The notes beneath the pieces are model-generated. The model ran no database searches and was not told the origin of the DNA. It was given only the letters and a program-made list of their open reading frames with translations. The position numbers and the translations under genes were made by a program. This document shows, piece after piece, positions 30,568 through 41,845 of a stretch of DNA of 64,000 nt. This DNA is from Trueperaceae bacterium (lineage in GTDB: Bacteria; Deinococcota; Deinococci; Deinococcales; Trueperaceae), in contig OZ243913.1 in NCBI GenBank assembly GCA_965213705.1, forward strand, positions 3,520,001-3,584,000, given 5' to 3'. Within the stretch, counting starts at the first letter, position 1. Each line of letters starts with the position of its first letter.

Positions 30568-31356
30568 TCAGCGGGCGCGCGCGACCTCTAGGACAGCGCG
30601 GGTTTCCGCAACGGTCAGGGTTCCTTGCCAGACGAAGCCGTTGTGCTCAACGGTCACTGCGGCGCGGAGCCCGTCGGTCATCTGCTCAGACTTTTCGACC
30701 TGCCACTGTTGAGTTGTAAGCTGGCGAGCGAGGTCGCCGAAGATGTTTTGGGGAGCCAAGCCGGTGTCAAAGCGCGCGGTCACGACGAAGCCGTCACCGC
30801 CACCACTCATACCGCTGCCGCCCAAATTCACGCCCTGCGGCAGGATGAGGTTTGGCAGCGGTAAACCCATGTCCTGGTCGTTACGGCAAAAGTCGTAAAG
30901 TCTGACGATGACCAAACTGGTGCGGCTCGACAAGCGACTCGGCTCGAGCGAAGCGCTTTGCGTTCCGTCGGGGCTACAGTATTCGTTTAGAACCCTGTCC
31001 CTATTTTGACCAGCTACTGCAAAGACGGTCGGCCCGTAGGTGTCATAGCCGCGCCAACCGTTCGCGCTCAGGGTCTCCCCCACCCGGCGGGTGCTGTCGT
31101 CAAACCAGTTGGGGCCGTCCACATCAACCTCGAGCACAATTTCTGCCTGCTCCGAGCCGATGGTGACGCTGCCCTGCAAGCGAGCGTCGTCCGGTAAAGG
31201 TAATGTCACGTCGGGCGGTAGAACGTTGGGGTAAAAGGTGACCGCGTCGCCCTCGCCGATAAGAAGTTCGGCAAGGCGGAGTGGGTCGGTCGGTACGGCA
31301 TCCTGAGCCACCGCGACAGGCAGACAGAGTAAGGCTGCAAACAAAAGTCGGCGCAT
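30568..31356 (-). CDS. Exported hypothetical protein
   Basis: SD GAGGGAG; signal peptide MRRLLFAALLCLPVAVA. Confidence 0.7.
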   Translation of the reverse strand: MRRLLFAALLCLPVAVAQDAVPTDPLRLAELLIGEGDAVTFYPNVLPPDVTLPLPDDARLQGSVTIGSEQAEIVLEVDVDGPNWFDDSTRRVGETLSANGWRGYDTYGPTVFAVAGQNRDRVLNEYCSPDGTQSASLEPSRLSSRTSLVIVRLYDFCRNDQDMGLPLPNLILPQGVNLGGSGMSGGGDGFVVTARFDTGLAPQNIFGDLARQLTTQQWQVEKSEQMTDGLRAAVTVEHNGFVWQGTLTVAETRAVLEVARAR

Positions 31357-31442
31357 CTTAATTCTCCCTCTTTTACTCAGTATATTTGACAGAGTACAAA
31401 ACGCTCTGCGAGCCCTGGGTAAAGGCCTGACTCGAGCCACGC

Positions 31443-31472
31443 TTGCCTAACGAGCGTTCGTTAGGTTATAAT
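31443..31472 (+). promoter_or_regulatory. Sigma70 promoter overlapped by a PaaR-type operator
   Basis: TTGCCT-N18-TATAAT; palindrome CCTAACGA-gcgt-TCGTTAGG (31446-31465) contains CTAACGAGCGTTCG, matching the Thermus PaaR motif CNAACGNNCGTTNG. Confidence 0.75.
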
Positions 31473-31482
31473 GTAAACAGTT

Positions 31483-32078
31483 ATGAATCAAGTTTTAGAC
31501 CGACGCCGACAAATCCTCGCCACCGCGGGCGACCTGTTTCGCGAGCACGGCTACCACGCCACCTCGATTCGGGACATCGCCAAAAGCCTCGACATGCGCG
31601 GCAGCAGCTTGTACGCGCACGTCGACTCTAAAGAACAGATGTTGCTCGAGATTGTCACCGAGGCGGCTGATGCGTTCTTGCAAGGAGCGGAGCAAGTCGA
31701 CAAAAAAGACCCTGCGGCGAGGCTCCGCGCGCTCATCCGCGCTCACTTAGCGGTCGTCGTCGACGAACTGCCCAACGCGACCGTGTTTTTTCACGAATGG
31801 CGCTTTTTGTCGGATTCTTCGAAAGCCGCCATCATCGAGCGGCGCGACGCTTACGAGCGCTACTTTCGTGACACGGTTCGCCAAGGGGTCGAACAAGGTG
31901 TTTTCGAGGTCGACGACGTAAAAACGGCGACGCTGTTCGTCTTGAGCGCGCTCAACTGGAGCTACCAGTGGTTCAGTGCGGCGGGCACACTGAGTTTGGA
32001 CGAGTTGAGCGAAAAGTACACGGAACTCGTTTTCAATTCTCTCAACTACAACGCCCTCAAAGTCAAGGAGGTTCAACG

Positions 32079-32082
<4 letters not shown>
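31483..32082 (+). CDS. paaR: TetR family regulator of the paa genes
   Basis: TetR HTH ([26 protein letters not shown]); first gene of the paa operon. Confidence 0.85.
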
Positions 32083-33047
<965 letters not shown>

Positions 33048-33130
33048 ACCCCCCTGCCCGAAGGGCAGCCCCCCTGAAAGGGGGGTGGGGTTTTTGGTGG
33101 CCCGTCCCCCATGCCCCCCTGTCAGGGGGA
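33048..33130. repeat. REP-like element related to 13244-13355
   Basis: Reverse complement CCCCCCTTTCAGGGGGGCTGCCCTTCGGGCAGGGGGG resembles CCCCCCTTAACAAGGGGGGTGGCCCTGCGGGCCGGGGGG. Confidence 0.7.
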
Positions 33131-33134
33131 CCGG

Positions 33135-33704
33135 ATGAGCGCAGCGCCGTCCGGGGGGGTCGACACCCAGTGGCCCCGCTGGGAAGTTTTCAAGCAAGAC
33201 GCCCTTAAAAAACCCCATCAGGCCGTAGGCTCCGTCCACGCGGCCGACGCCGAACACGCGCTGCTCACGGCGCGCAACGTGTTCGCGCGCCGCCCAAACG
33301 CGGTGAGTTTGTGGGTGGTCCCGGCGAGTTCGGTATTTTCGGTGACGGCTGAGGAGTTGGCGGGCTCGAGCCCACGACCCACACCCTCCGAACCTCAAAC
33401 TTACCTCGTCTTTCGCAAAAGCGGCCACCGCCGCAGTATGACCTTTGTCGACCACGTGGGCGAGGTCGAGGCGACCAGTCCGGGGGAAGCGCTCGAGCGA
33501 GCCCTCACGACCTTTGAAGCCGACGACGCCGTAACCTGGTGGCTCGTTCCAAAAAACGTCGTTACCCGCAGCGACGAGGCGGACGTCGAAAGTTGGTTCG
33601 CGCCTGCCAAGACGAAAACCTACAAACAGCAGTCGGCCTACGGGCTCGTCGGCACCCACCCCGGCGCAGCCAAGCGCGGGACCGACGAGGAAGCGCATGA
33701 CTGA
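33135..33704 (+). CDS. paaB: Phenylacetyl-CoA epoxidase subunit B (extended, apparently two-domain)
   Basis: [36 protein letters not shown]; second unit YLVFRK..HVGEVEA..EAL..WWLVP; KTYK. Confidence 0.85.
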   Translation: MSAAPSGGVDTQWPRWEVFKQDALKKPHQAVGSVHAADAEHALLTARNVFARRPNAVSLWVVPASSVFSVTAEELAGSSPRPTPSEPQTYLVFRKSGHRRSMTFVDHVGEVEATSPGEALERALTTFEADDAVTWWLVPKNVVTRSDEADVESWFAPAKTKTYKQQSAYGLVGTHPGAAKRGTDEEAHD

Positions 33705-34473
33705 CCTGACCACAGCCGGCCTGACTTCAACACGCCAAGCGCTCGTTCACAAGCTCACCGCGCTCGCCGACGACGAACTCGTCCTGGCCCACCGCAACAG
33801 CGAGTGGACCGGGCACGCGCCGATTTTGGAAGAGGACATCGCCCTCGCCAACTTGGCCCAGGACGAACTCGGGCACGCCCTGCTCTGGTACGAGTTGCGC
33901 CGGGAGCTGGACGGCAGCAGCCCCGACGAACTGGTCTACTTTCGTCCGGCCGACGCTTACCGCAACGTTCAAATGCTCGAGCTGCCCAAAGGGGACTGGG
34001 GCTTTACGATGCTGCGGCAGTACCTGTTCGACGCCTACGAGTACGTCAATTTGGCGCGGCTCGCCGCGAGTGCTTACGCGCCGCTCGCCGAAACCGTCGC
34101 CAAAATCCGCAAAGAAGAGATGTTCCACCTCCGCCACAGCCACGCCTGGACAGAACGGCTGGGCCTCGGCACGCCAGAGTCCAACCGGCGGATGCAGGGC
34201 GCGCTCGAGACCCTGTGGCCTGCCGCGCAACAACTTTTTTCACCCTTGCCGGACGAACACTTTCTGGTTCAAGACAACATCGTTCCCGCTTTGGCGGAGG
34301 TCGAGGCGGCCTGGCTCGCACACGTCACGCCTCACCTGACGAACTCGGGCTTGAACATCCCTACAAGCTACGCGCCACAAGCCACAAGCCGCGCCGCGCA
34401 CACCGAACACCTCAGCGCTCTGTTAGAAGACCTGCAAGAGGTCGCCCGGCTCGAGCCGCAAGGAACCTGGTAA
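33697..34473 (+). CDS. paaC: Phenylacetyl-CoA epoxidase subunit C
   Basis: [35 protein letters not shown]. Confidence 0.95.
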   Translation: MTDLTTAGLTSTRQALVHKLTALADDELVLAHRNSEWTGHAPILEEDIALANLAQDELGHALLWYELRRELDGSSPDELVYFRPADAYRNVQMLELPKGDWGFTMLRQYLFDAYEYVNLARLAASAYAPLAETVAKIRKEEMFHLRHSHAWTERLGLGTPESNRRMQGALETLWPAAQQLFSPLPDEHFLVQDNIVPALAEVEAAWLAHVTPHLTNSGLNIPTSYAPQATSRAAHTEHLSALLEDLQEVARLEPQGTW

Positions 34474-34961
34474 TGCACACACCCACCACACAAACCGTTT
34501 GGCAAGCCCTGACCGAGGTCAAAGACCCTGAAATCCCGGTCGTCTCGGTCGTGGAGATGGGCATTGTGCGGGACGTCGCGGTGTCCGGCGAAAACGTCAC
34601 CGTCACCATGACGCCTACTTTTTCCGGCTGTCCGGCGCTGCAGGTGATGAAAGACGACATCACTGCGAAGCTGGTCGAGCTGGGCGTCGAACAGGTCGAA
34701 GTAAAAACCGTCCTGTCGCCGCCCTGGAGCACCGACTGGATAACCGACGAGGCCAAAGCCAAGCTGCGCGACTACGGCATTACCCCGCCCGCCCCTGCGG
34801 GTGACGACGGCCTCATACAGCTCGAGCTGTCCCCGTCACAGTGCCCGCGCTGCGGTTCGTTCGACACCACGACGCGCAACACCTTCGGCCCGACGCTGTG
34901 CAAGTCGATTCACACCTGCAACAGCTGCTTGGAACCGTTCGAGGCGTTCAAGTCTTTGTAG
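34473..34961 (+). CDS. paaD: Phenylacetyl-CoA epoxidase subunit D
   Basis: DPEIPVVS, TPTFSGCPA, PPWSTDW, CPRCGS, FGPTLCKS..C..CLEPF; TAATG overlap with paaC. Confidence 0.95.
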   Translation: MHTPTTQTVWQALTEVKDPEIPVVSVVEMGIVRDVAVSGENVTVTMTPTFSGCPALQVMKDDITAKLVELGVEQVEVKTVLSPPWSTDWITDEAKAKLRDYGITPPAPAGDDGLIQLELSPSQCPRCGSFDTTTRNTFGPTLCKSIHTCNSCLEPFEAFKSL

Positions 34962-34970
34962 GAAGGGTTT

Positions 34971-35648
34971 TCAAAGGGCTGCAGTGAACTTGCAGTCTGG
35001 GTAGTTGGGACAGGCTAGAAAAGACTTACCGGCGTTCACACCTTTTTTTGCCGTTTTGACGACGAGTTCCGCAGTGCAGTTCGGACACATCTTTTCAGAA
35101 GTTTTCACGGCTTGGGTTTGGTTCGAGGGTTGAGCGACAGGTTCAACATCGAGCGGGAAAATCGACCTGAACTGCTCACGAAGTTCGCTCAAGCTGTAGG
35201 CTTGCTTGACCGGAAAGCGGAGCAGGGGGACGCCGGCGGTACGCAGGGCTTCTTCTAAAAAATCGTCTCGTTTTCGACGCCCTGGCGCTTTATGACTCGA
35301 GTCGTCGAGTTCGACGGCGCACAAGACCCTGAAGGTGCTCGGCTCGCACAGGATGAAATCGAGGTGCTTGCGGCTGATGCGGTTGAACGCCGCCTGCCTT
35401 TCGCTGCCGGTGAGCCCTTTTTTGACCTTGATGACGTCGTATAAACTGACTTTGGCAAAAATGCGGTAGCTGTCGCTGACTTGCTCGAGCACGCCCAGGA
35501 ACGAGCGCTCTGCCGGTGAGCACAAAGGTGTTTTCTCATAGGGAAAGTCGGCATTGGGGTTTTGCGGCGACTGTTTAGCCGTTCTCGAAAGCAACAGAAC
35601 AACAAAAATGACTACGGCTGCAACAACCGCTATGATGGTAAAGTCCAT
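34971..35648 (-). CDS. DUF2726 domain protein with C-terminal topoisomerase-type zinc ribbon
   Basis: N-terminal TM; AERSF, KHLDFILC, AVELDDSSH, RD..; CPNC...FLACPNYPDCK. Confidence 0.88.
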   Translation of the reverse strand: MDFTIIAVVAAVVIFVVLLLSRTAKQSPQNPNADFPYEKTPLCSPAERSFLGVLEQVSDSYRIFAKVSLYDVIKVKKGLTGSERQAAFNRISRKHLDFILCEPSTFRVLCAVELDDSSHKAPGRRKRDDFLEEALRTAGVPLLRFPVKQAYSLSELREQFRSIFPLDVEPVAQPSNQTQAVKTSEKMCPNCTAELVVKTAKKGVNAGKSFLACPNYPDCKFTAAL

Positions 35649-35741
35649 AGTCAATCCTAATTCTGCTCAAAGTCTTTCCGGTTTGGAAAATGTCACACTT
35701 TGGGCTCGGAACGGTAAAAGCCTACAACCTCAGCTAGAGAG

Positions 35742-36917
35742 CTACAACCAGCGCATCGTAAACAGCCGCGCCAGCGCGCGCTCGAGCGGGCTGTGGAGCG
35801 CAGCCTTAACGAGGGCGTTTTTGAGCGGGGCCAGCCGCGTCCTGCGACCCAGGCGCATGTTGACTTCGGCCCGCAACGCCGCTGCTCGTGCCGCCTTTAA
35901 GCGCGCGCGGCTGTAAGCGGCGAACACTTCGTGCCGGTCGTGGTCTTCTCGCAAAACACGCTCGAGGGCTTTAGCCGCTGCGACCGCGTCCAACCAACCC
36001 AGGTTCATTCCCTGTCCACCAATGGGGCTCACCACGTGCGCTGCGTCACCGGCGAGTAAAACGCGCCCCTGCGCCATTTGCTGTGCCCGGTAGTGCTGCA
36101 CCCCAAAGGCGCTGAGCATCGTGTTGGTTGTGGCGGGCAACGTGTGGCCCAGTCGGTCCTGAATCAGACTCGAGAGCGTTTCGGGTGAGGCGTTTTTGAG
36201 GTAAGCGGCGGTTTTGGCGACCCAGCGGCGTTGTCCGCCCGGCACGGGAAAAGACTCGACCAGGCCGCCATCGGTGAGGTAAATGCCCACGTCCGCGCCG
36301 AGCGCTGTGGTGTCCGCGAAGTCGCCCATGAGGTAGGTATCCGGGTAGGGTCGGCCGACGAACGGGATATTCGACAAGCCGCGCACCACGCTGTCCTTGC
36401 CGTCGCAGCCGACGACGAACGCCGCGCTGATATGTTTTGAAGAGGTCTCGGTTCGGTAAGCGACCTCGAGGCCCGCGTCCGTCTCCTGCAGCCCCGTCAC
36501 GCTCGCCTCGCGCAGCAACGACCCCGGCGCGAGTTCGCACAGACGGCGCTCGAGCACCGCTTCCGTTTCAAACTGCGGCAGGGCCAGCACGAAAGGGTAC
36601 GGCCCCGGACAGGTTTGAAAACTGAGGCTGCCCAGAGGGCGCGTGCCCCCGAAAGCGTGGCCGCGCCGCACCTGCACGCCGCGCGCGAGCAACGCCTCGG
36701 CTACCCCGACACGCGCCAAGGCTTCCAGGGCGGGTGGGTGGACGCCGAGGGCGCGTGAGTGCTGCACAGGCTCACGGCGGCGCTCGAGCACTTTGAAAGT
36801 TACCCCTGCTTGTGCGAACAGGCAGCCCAAAAACAGCCCAACCGGCCCGCCGCCCACGACGACGACTTTGGTGTTTTCCAGGGTGTTTTCAGGGGTGTTT
36901 TCCGTTCGCGCGGTCAC
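35742..36917 (-). CDS. FAD-dependent monooxygenase (FAD_binding_3)
   Basis: VVGGGPVGL, GCDGKDSVVR, LAGDAAHVVSPIGGQGMNLG; GTG start overlaps the upstream TGA. Confidence 0.92.
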   Translation of the reverse strand: MTARTENTPENTLENTKVVVVGGGPVGLFLGCLFAQAGVTFKVLERRREPVQHSRALGVHPPALEALARVGVAEALLARGVQVRRGHAFGGTRPLGSLSFQTCPGPYPFVLALPQFETEAVLERRLCELAPGSLLREASVTGLQETDAGLEVAYRTETSSKHISAAFVVGCDGKDSVVRGLSNIPFVGRPYPDTYLMGDFADTTALGADVGIYLTDGGLVESFPVPGGQRRWVAKTAAYLKNASPETLSSLIQDRLGHTLPATTNTMLSAFGVQHYRAQQMAQGRVLLAGDAAHVVSPIGGQGMNLGWLDAVAAAKALERVLREDHDRHEVFAAYSRARLKAARAAALRAEVNMRLGRRTRLAPLKNALVKAALHSPLERALARLFTMRWL

Positions 36918-37600
36918 GGCCGGTAAACGAGAAGGTTGCGGTAGGGAAACGCCGCCTCGACCTCCCAGCCAGGTGGGGCCAAATCCAAAAGTTCCTTCGG
37001 CGTGAAGCTGCGCCGAATCGACCGCAGACCGTCCTCGACGATAAACGAGTCCCGAAAAAAGGGCCGCGTCGCGTTGAAGCCCAGGTAGGCCAGCGCGCTG
37101 CGGCGGATGTCGTTGTGGAGCGCGAGTTTTGTCGCCAAGTGTTCGGAGTCCCGACACAAGCCTTGCAAATGGGCGTCGGTCAGGTGGTGCAACAGGTGAT
37201 TGGAGACGACCACGTCGAACTGTCTACCCGCCGCGACTATTTCCGAAGAAAAGGCTTTCTCGAAAACGACGTTCGGCGGCGAGGGTTGGGCGTGCGCGTA
37301 GGCGAACGCGCGTTCGTCGGGGTCGATGCCGGTGACGTGCAGCTCGAGGCCGTCCCGCTGCGCCCAGCCTGCCAGCCTGCGCGCTAAGTCGCCGCCGCCA
37401 CAGCCGATGTCGAGCAGGGTCGCGGCCGAGCCGGTGAGCCGGGGGCGCAAGTAGAGCGTGTAAACTGAACGCCACGCGGCGAAAATCCGGTTGACGGCCC
37501 CGAATTGCCGGTAAGTGGCATGAAGCCGTTCCAGGCTGCAAGCGGGGTCGTCCATGCGCTCGCGCAAATGGATGGCGCGTTTTGCCAAATCAAGGGTCAC
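36914..37600 (-). CDS. Class I SAM-dependent methyltransferase
   Basis: ERMDDP, LLDIGCGGGD, SNHLLHHL, DGLRSIRRSF. Confidence 0.92.
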   Translation of the reverse strand: MTLDLAKRAIHLRERMDDPACSLERLHATYRQFGAVNRIFAAWRSVYTLYLRPRLTGSAATLLDIGCGGGDLARRLAGWAQRDGLELHVTGIDPDERAFAYAHAQPSPPNVVFEKAFSSEIVAAGRQFDVVVSNHLLHHLTDAHLQGLCRDSEHLATKLALHNDIRRSALAYLGFNATRPFFRDSFIVEDGLRSIRRSFTPKELLDLAPPGWEVEAAFPYRNLLVYRP

Positions 37601-37630
37601 CGCTACAGCACCACCCCTAAACCGTCGCTC

Positions 37631-38719
37631 TCAAACTACTGAGAACAAACCGCTCTCCACAGTGAGGCCGGGGCCAAAGGCGGTCGCGTACACGCGCTCA
37701 CCTGCCGCCGCCGCCGCCAACACCTCTTTCAAGACGAAAAAAATCGTCGCGCTGCTCATGTTGCCGTAGTTTTTGAGCACGCGCCGCGACGCGTCCAAAC
37801 GGTCGGGTGTCAGCTCCAGAGCGCTCTCTACCTTGTCGAGGATGGCGCGCCCACCGGGGTGAATCGCCCAGTGCGCCACGTCCCTTAGACCGAGGTTTAC
37901 CTCGCCCAAAAAGGGTTCGACCACGCCCTTCATGTTGGTCTCCAGAATCTGCGGCACGTAAGTAGAAAGGACCATGTTGAACCCCTCGTCGCCGATGGTC
38001 CAGGCCATGTCCTGTTCGCCCGTCGGGGTCAGGGTGCTGGCGAGGTGCTCGAGCTGCAACGCCCTACCCGCCGGAGGTTTGCAGCTGACCAGCGCCGCCG
38101 CGCCGCCGTCGGCAAACACCGAGGTCGCGATGATGCTGTCCACGTCCGTGGGGGGACGCAAGTGCAGGGTGCACAGTTCGACCGAGACGACGAGCACGAC
38201 GGCGTTTTCGTCGGCCTCACAAAAAGCTCGCGCCATTCGCAGCGCCGGAAAAGCTGCGTAACAGCCCATAAACCCGACGTGATAGCGCTCCGTCGCGTCG
38301 CTGAGGCCCAAGTCGCGGACGATGCGGTAGTCCGGCCCCGGCGCAAAAAAGCCGGTGCAAGACACGGTTATCACGTGGGTCACCGCGCCCGGCTCTAAAC
38401 TCGGACAGTTCGCCAACGCGCGCCGCGCCGCGCACACGAACAACCGGGTCGCCTCTTCGGTATAGAGGTCGTTGCGCGTTTTCGTGCTCAAGCGTTTGAA
38501 GGTGCCGTCGGCTTCGAAAAAGACGTTGTCCGGCCCACCCTGGCTGAAGTCCCGAATGACGCTGTGCCGCTTGTCGATGCCCGACTGCCGGTATACCCGG
38601 GCGGTCAGGCGCTCGAGCTTGCGGTCACTGAGCCCCGCCGCCATGAGCGCGCCCACCCGCTCCTGAGTGTGAGAAAGGTCCGGCACGACGGTTTCTAAAT
38701 GGTGGACGTAGACGCTCAT
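37631..38719 (-). CDS. Type III polyketide synthase
   Basis: VSCTGF, GFMGCYAA (Cys), WAIHPGG (His), YGNMSS (Asn), AFGPGLTVE. Confidence 0.96.
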   Translation of the reverse strand: MSVYVHHLETVVPDLSHTQERVGALMAAGLSDRKLERLTARVYRQSGIDKRHSVIRDFSQGGPDNVFFEADGTFKRLSTKTRNDLYTEEATRLFVCAARRALANCPSLEPGAVTHVITVSCTGFFAPGPDYRIVRDLGLSDATERYHVGFMGCYAAFPALRMARAFCEADENAVVLVVSVELCTLHLRPPTDVDSIIATSVFADGGAAALVSCKPPAGRALQLEHLASTLTPTGEQDMAWTIGDEGFNMVLSTYVPQILETNMKGVVEPFLGEVNLGLRDVAHWAIHPGGRAILDKVESALELTPDRLDASRRVLKNYGNMSSATIFFVLKEVLAAAAAGERVYATAFGPGLTVESGLFSVV

Positions 38720-38800
38720 ACCGCATGATAAGGCCGTCCGGCGGCGTTGAGTGTAGGCGGCAAGTCCTTAACGTTCGGAAGTAGGCGGCCCGCCCGAGAC

Positions 38801-39820
38801 TCAGAAAAACCCCGTCACCCCGAAGCGCAGCCCGTACACCGTGGCAAACTCGGTACGGCTAAAAGTCGGCCCCACCCTCACCTCATAGTCGCTCTCGCTA
38901 TAGGTGTAAAGCAGGCTGCTTATAGTTTGCAGGGCGCTCGAGCCCCCCAAAAAACCGTCCACCAACCCGAAGCTGGCGTTCAGGTCCAGGTTACCCGCGC
39001 CGCCCACCGGTGAGCTAAGCTGTCCTAAGAGTTGCGGGTAGGGCTTCGCTGTGTTGAGAAGCGTCTCTTCAAAGTCCAACTCCGTCCCTGTCGCTGTGTC
39101 AAGCGGGTCAGCCGCGTAAGCCGCTTCAAGCGTCCACAACAGGTCACCCCAAAAGCCGCTCGCGCCCAACGCGCCGCGCCCGTCCCAGGGATTTGCCAGG
39201 AGCCAAGCCTCCCCGTAGACGACGATGTCACCAACCAGGCCGCTGCCGCCCAAGCCCGCCGCGAAGCCGTCTAAGTAAAGAAGATGCGCTTCCAAGTCGA
39301 AACTGGCAAACTCGCGCCGGACGCTCAGCACGCCGCCTAACTGGTCGTCCTGAGTGCGGTAGAGAAGGGCGGGGCGGACGCGCCAGTCCTCGAGATAAAC
39401 ATTAGCTCTCACGCCCAGCAAGCCCAGAGGTTGGCCCAGTCGGTTTACCGGCTCGACGCGAAACGGGACACTCAAGCGGGCGGTCTCGAGCGGCAAGCGC
39501 TCCAGACCCGCACTGAAATCCACCTTGGCCAAACGGTAAAGCCCAAAAGCTTCGGTCAGGCCGGGTTCACCAAAAGTGCTCTCTATCCCGCCGCTCGTGA
39601 CACGCACCGCCGGGTCGAGGACGAGGCGAAAGTCGAGGGGGTCGAGACTATAAGTGGCCTCGAGATGCCCCCGCAAGCTAAGTCCGATACCTTCGTTCAG
39701 TACTTGATTCGTAGAAGCGAAAGAGAGGTCGCCAGCCGCTTCGATTTCACCTCGGTAGCTCAGTTGGGCGAAGGCGAGTGTAGCAGCGAGGAAGGACAGT
39801 AGGAGAAGTAAGACTTTCAT
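38801..39820 (-). CDS. Exported protein, probable outer-membrane beta-barrel
   Basis: Signal peptide; alternating beta-strand pattern; C-terminal YGLRFGVTGFF ending in Phe. Confidence 0.7.
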   Translation of the reverse strand: MKVLLLLLSFLAATLAFAQLSYRGEIEAAGDLSFASTNQVLNEGIGLSLRGHLEATYSLDPLDFRLVLDPAVRVTSGGIESTFGEPGLTEAFGLYRLAKVDFSAGLERLPLETARLSVPFRVEPVNRLGQPLGLLGVRANVYLEDWRVRPALLYRTQDDQLGGVLSVRREFASFDLEAHLLYLDGFAAGLGGSGLVGDIVVYGEAWLLANPWDGRGALGASGFWGDLLWTLEAAYAADPLDTATGTELDFEETLLNTAKPYPQLLGQLSSPVGGAGNLDLNASFGLVDGFLGGSSALQTISSLLYTYSESDYEVRVGPTFSRTEFATVYGLRFGVTGFF

Positions 39821-39881
39821 TAGAATTTCCTTGAACTAGCAGTTGTCAGTAGGGTTCGGAGCTACTGACCGCTGACTACGT

Positions 39882-40580
39882 TCAAGCAAGCACCGCTTCA
39901 GGCTGGCCCACGCCGACGACGCGCCCGTCCTCCATCTCGACGGTACGTCTCACATGCTCTAAGAGCCTCGGGTCGTGGGTCGAGAACACGAAGGTTACAC
40001 CTTTGTCTTCGTTCAAGCGCTTCATCATCTCGACGAGGTCGCCGCCGGATTTGCTGTCCAGGTTAGCAGTCGGCTCGTCGGCCAGGATGATGTCGGGCTC
40101 GGCGGCAAAGGCGCGTGCGACCGCGACGCGCTGCTGCTGTCCGCCCGAGAGCTGGTTGGGGCGGCGGTCTCGGAACTCCTCCATGCCGAGCGCCTTGAGT
40201 GATGCCAGCGCCCTCGCCTCGCGCTCTTTTTTGCCTACGCCTTGCAGCTCGAGCACGAACGCCGCGTTTTCCAAAGCCGTCAGTACCGGAATAAGGTTGT
40301 AAGCCTGGAACACGTAACCGAGTCGCTCGAGCCGCACCGCAGCCCCCTCTTGTTTGCTGAGCTGGTCGATGCGTCGACCATTGAGATGGACCTCGCCCGA
40401 GGTCGGCTTGTCGAGCCCGCCCATAAGGTGCAGCAGCGTGCTCTTGCCCGAGCCCGAAGGCCCGGCGATGGCGGTGAACTCGCCCTTGTCAATGGTGAGG
40501 TCGACGCCCCTGAGCGCGTCGGTTTTGACGTCGCCGATTTGGTAGGTCTTCTTTAAGTTTTTGACTTCGAACAATGACAT
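39882..40580 (-). CDS. ABC transporter ATP-binding protein (LolD/MacB-like)
   Basis: GPSGSGKST, LSGGQQQRVAVAR, LADEPTANLD. Confidence 0.93.
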   Translation of the reverse strand: MSLFEVKNLKKTYQIGDVKTDALRGVDLTIDKGEFTAIAGPSGSGKSTLLHLMGGLDKPTSGEVHLNGRRIDQLSKQEGAAVRLERLGYVFQAYNLIPVLTALENAAFVLELQGVGKKEREARALASLKALGMEEFRDRRPNQLSGGQQQRVAVARAFAAEPDIILADEPTANLDSKSGGDLVEMMKRLNEDKGVTFVFSTHDPRLLEHVRRTVEMEDGRVVGVGQPEAVLA

Positions 40581-40615
40581 TTCTACTTTCCTTTCCGGGG
40601 TGCGTTCTAAAAGCT

Positions 40616-41845
40616 TTAGGCGGTGTAGCGCATCGCCTCGGCGGGTTCGATGTTGGCCGCCATCCGCGCGGGGCCGAGTGCAGCGAAGAAGGCGGTCAGG
40701 ACGGCGAAGCCCACCGCGAGCAGAACCTGCCAGGGCTCAATCGTCAGGTACATGACCGTGGGCAAGCCGACCTCAGCCATCATTTCTTGGGCGTAGCCCG
40801 GCATGGCAAAGCCGTTCGACCCTAGGGCCACCAGCCCTAAGCCGATAGCTAGACCAATCGCTGCGCCCGATAAGCACAGCATCAAACTCTCTAAAGTCAC
40901 CATGCCCATGATTTGCCGTCCTTTAGCCCCTAGGCTGATGATGACGCCGAACTCACGAATGCGCTCCAAAGTGCTCAAGTAAACTGTGTTTAGAACCAGC
41001 AGACCTGCCAGCACGAAGAAAATGAGCGACATGATAGCCATCATGGGCGCGAGGAACTGAACCATCGTCGCCAGACTGGGGTCGATGTCCCGCCAGCCTT
41101 CGACCGCTACGTTCTTGGGTAGGGCGCTTTTGAGGGCGGCGACTTCGCCTGCCGTCTCTGCGTCTTGGTCCAGGGTGTTGACGTTGGGGAAATGAAGCTC
41201 GAGCCGACTCACCGCGTCGGGCGCGGCCAGTTCTTGCGCCGCTAGTAGCGAGAGGTAGACCGCGCTGATTTCGCGGTTGGGGTCTTCGAAGTCGAGTAAG
41301 CCTTCAACCGTATAAGCGGCTGCGCCGTAGCCTTCAGTGCCGGGGGCGTAGACGTACACGTCGTCGCCTAAACCCACCTCGAGCGCGTGAGCGAGCGACT
41401 GACCGAGCATGATGCCCGAGATGTTGTCGCCTTCCACAAACGTTCCTTCCGCGAGGTAGTCGTTGACAAAATCTTCCCGCAGCAGGTCGGGCCAATCCTG
41501 ACCCTGCACCGCCAAACCCCTCGAGCGGTCCTCGCCCGCCACCAAACCGGGAACTTGCAACGAGCCCACCGTCACCGCGTCCGGGAGGGTCTGCGCGACG
41601 GTTTCTCGGACCTCGGCAGCGTTCTCGAGCAGCCCAGCCCCAAAACTCCGCGCGTCCCGGTAGCCTTCGGTGTGAATCTGCACGTTGCCTACTTGGTCGG
41701 TCAAGTCCCCGTACATACCGTTCGTGAGCGCGCCGCCGAAGCTGTACATCACGATGGCAAAGAGCACGACAATCGCCACGGCCAGGATGGAGATGAGGCT
41801 GCGCCGCCCCTGCCGCCACAGGTTGCGCCAGGCTAGGGCTATCAT
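40616..41845 (-). CDS. ABC transporter permease (LolC/E, FtsX-like)
   Basis: LAWRNLWRQGRRS, ERIREFGV. Confidence 0.9.
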   Translation of the reverse strand: MIALAWRNLWRQGRRSLISILAVAIVVLFAIVMYSFGGALTNGMYGDLTDQVGNVQIHTEGYRDARSFGAGLLENAAEVRETVAQTLPDAVTVGSLQVPGLVAGEDRSRGLAVQGQDWPDLLREDFVNDYLAEGTFVEGDNISGIMLGQSLAHALEVGLGDDVYVYAPGTEGYGAAAYTVEGLLDFEDPNREISAVYLSLLAAQELAAPDAVSRLELHFPNVNTLDQDAETAGEVAALKSALPKNVAVEGWRDIDPSLATMVQFLAPMMAIMSLIFFVLAGLLVLNTVYLSTLERIREFGVIISLGAKGRQIMGMVTLESLMLCLSGAAIGLAIGLGLVALGSNGFAMPGYAQEMMAEVGLPTVMYLTIEPWQVLLAVGFAVLTAFFAALGPARMAANIEPAEAMRYTA

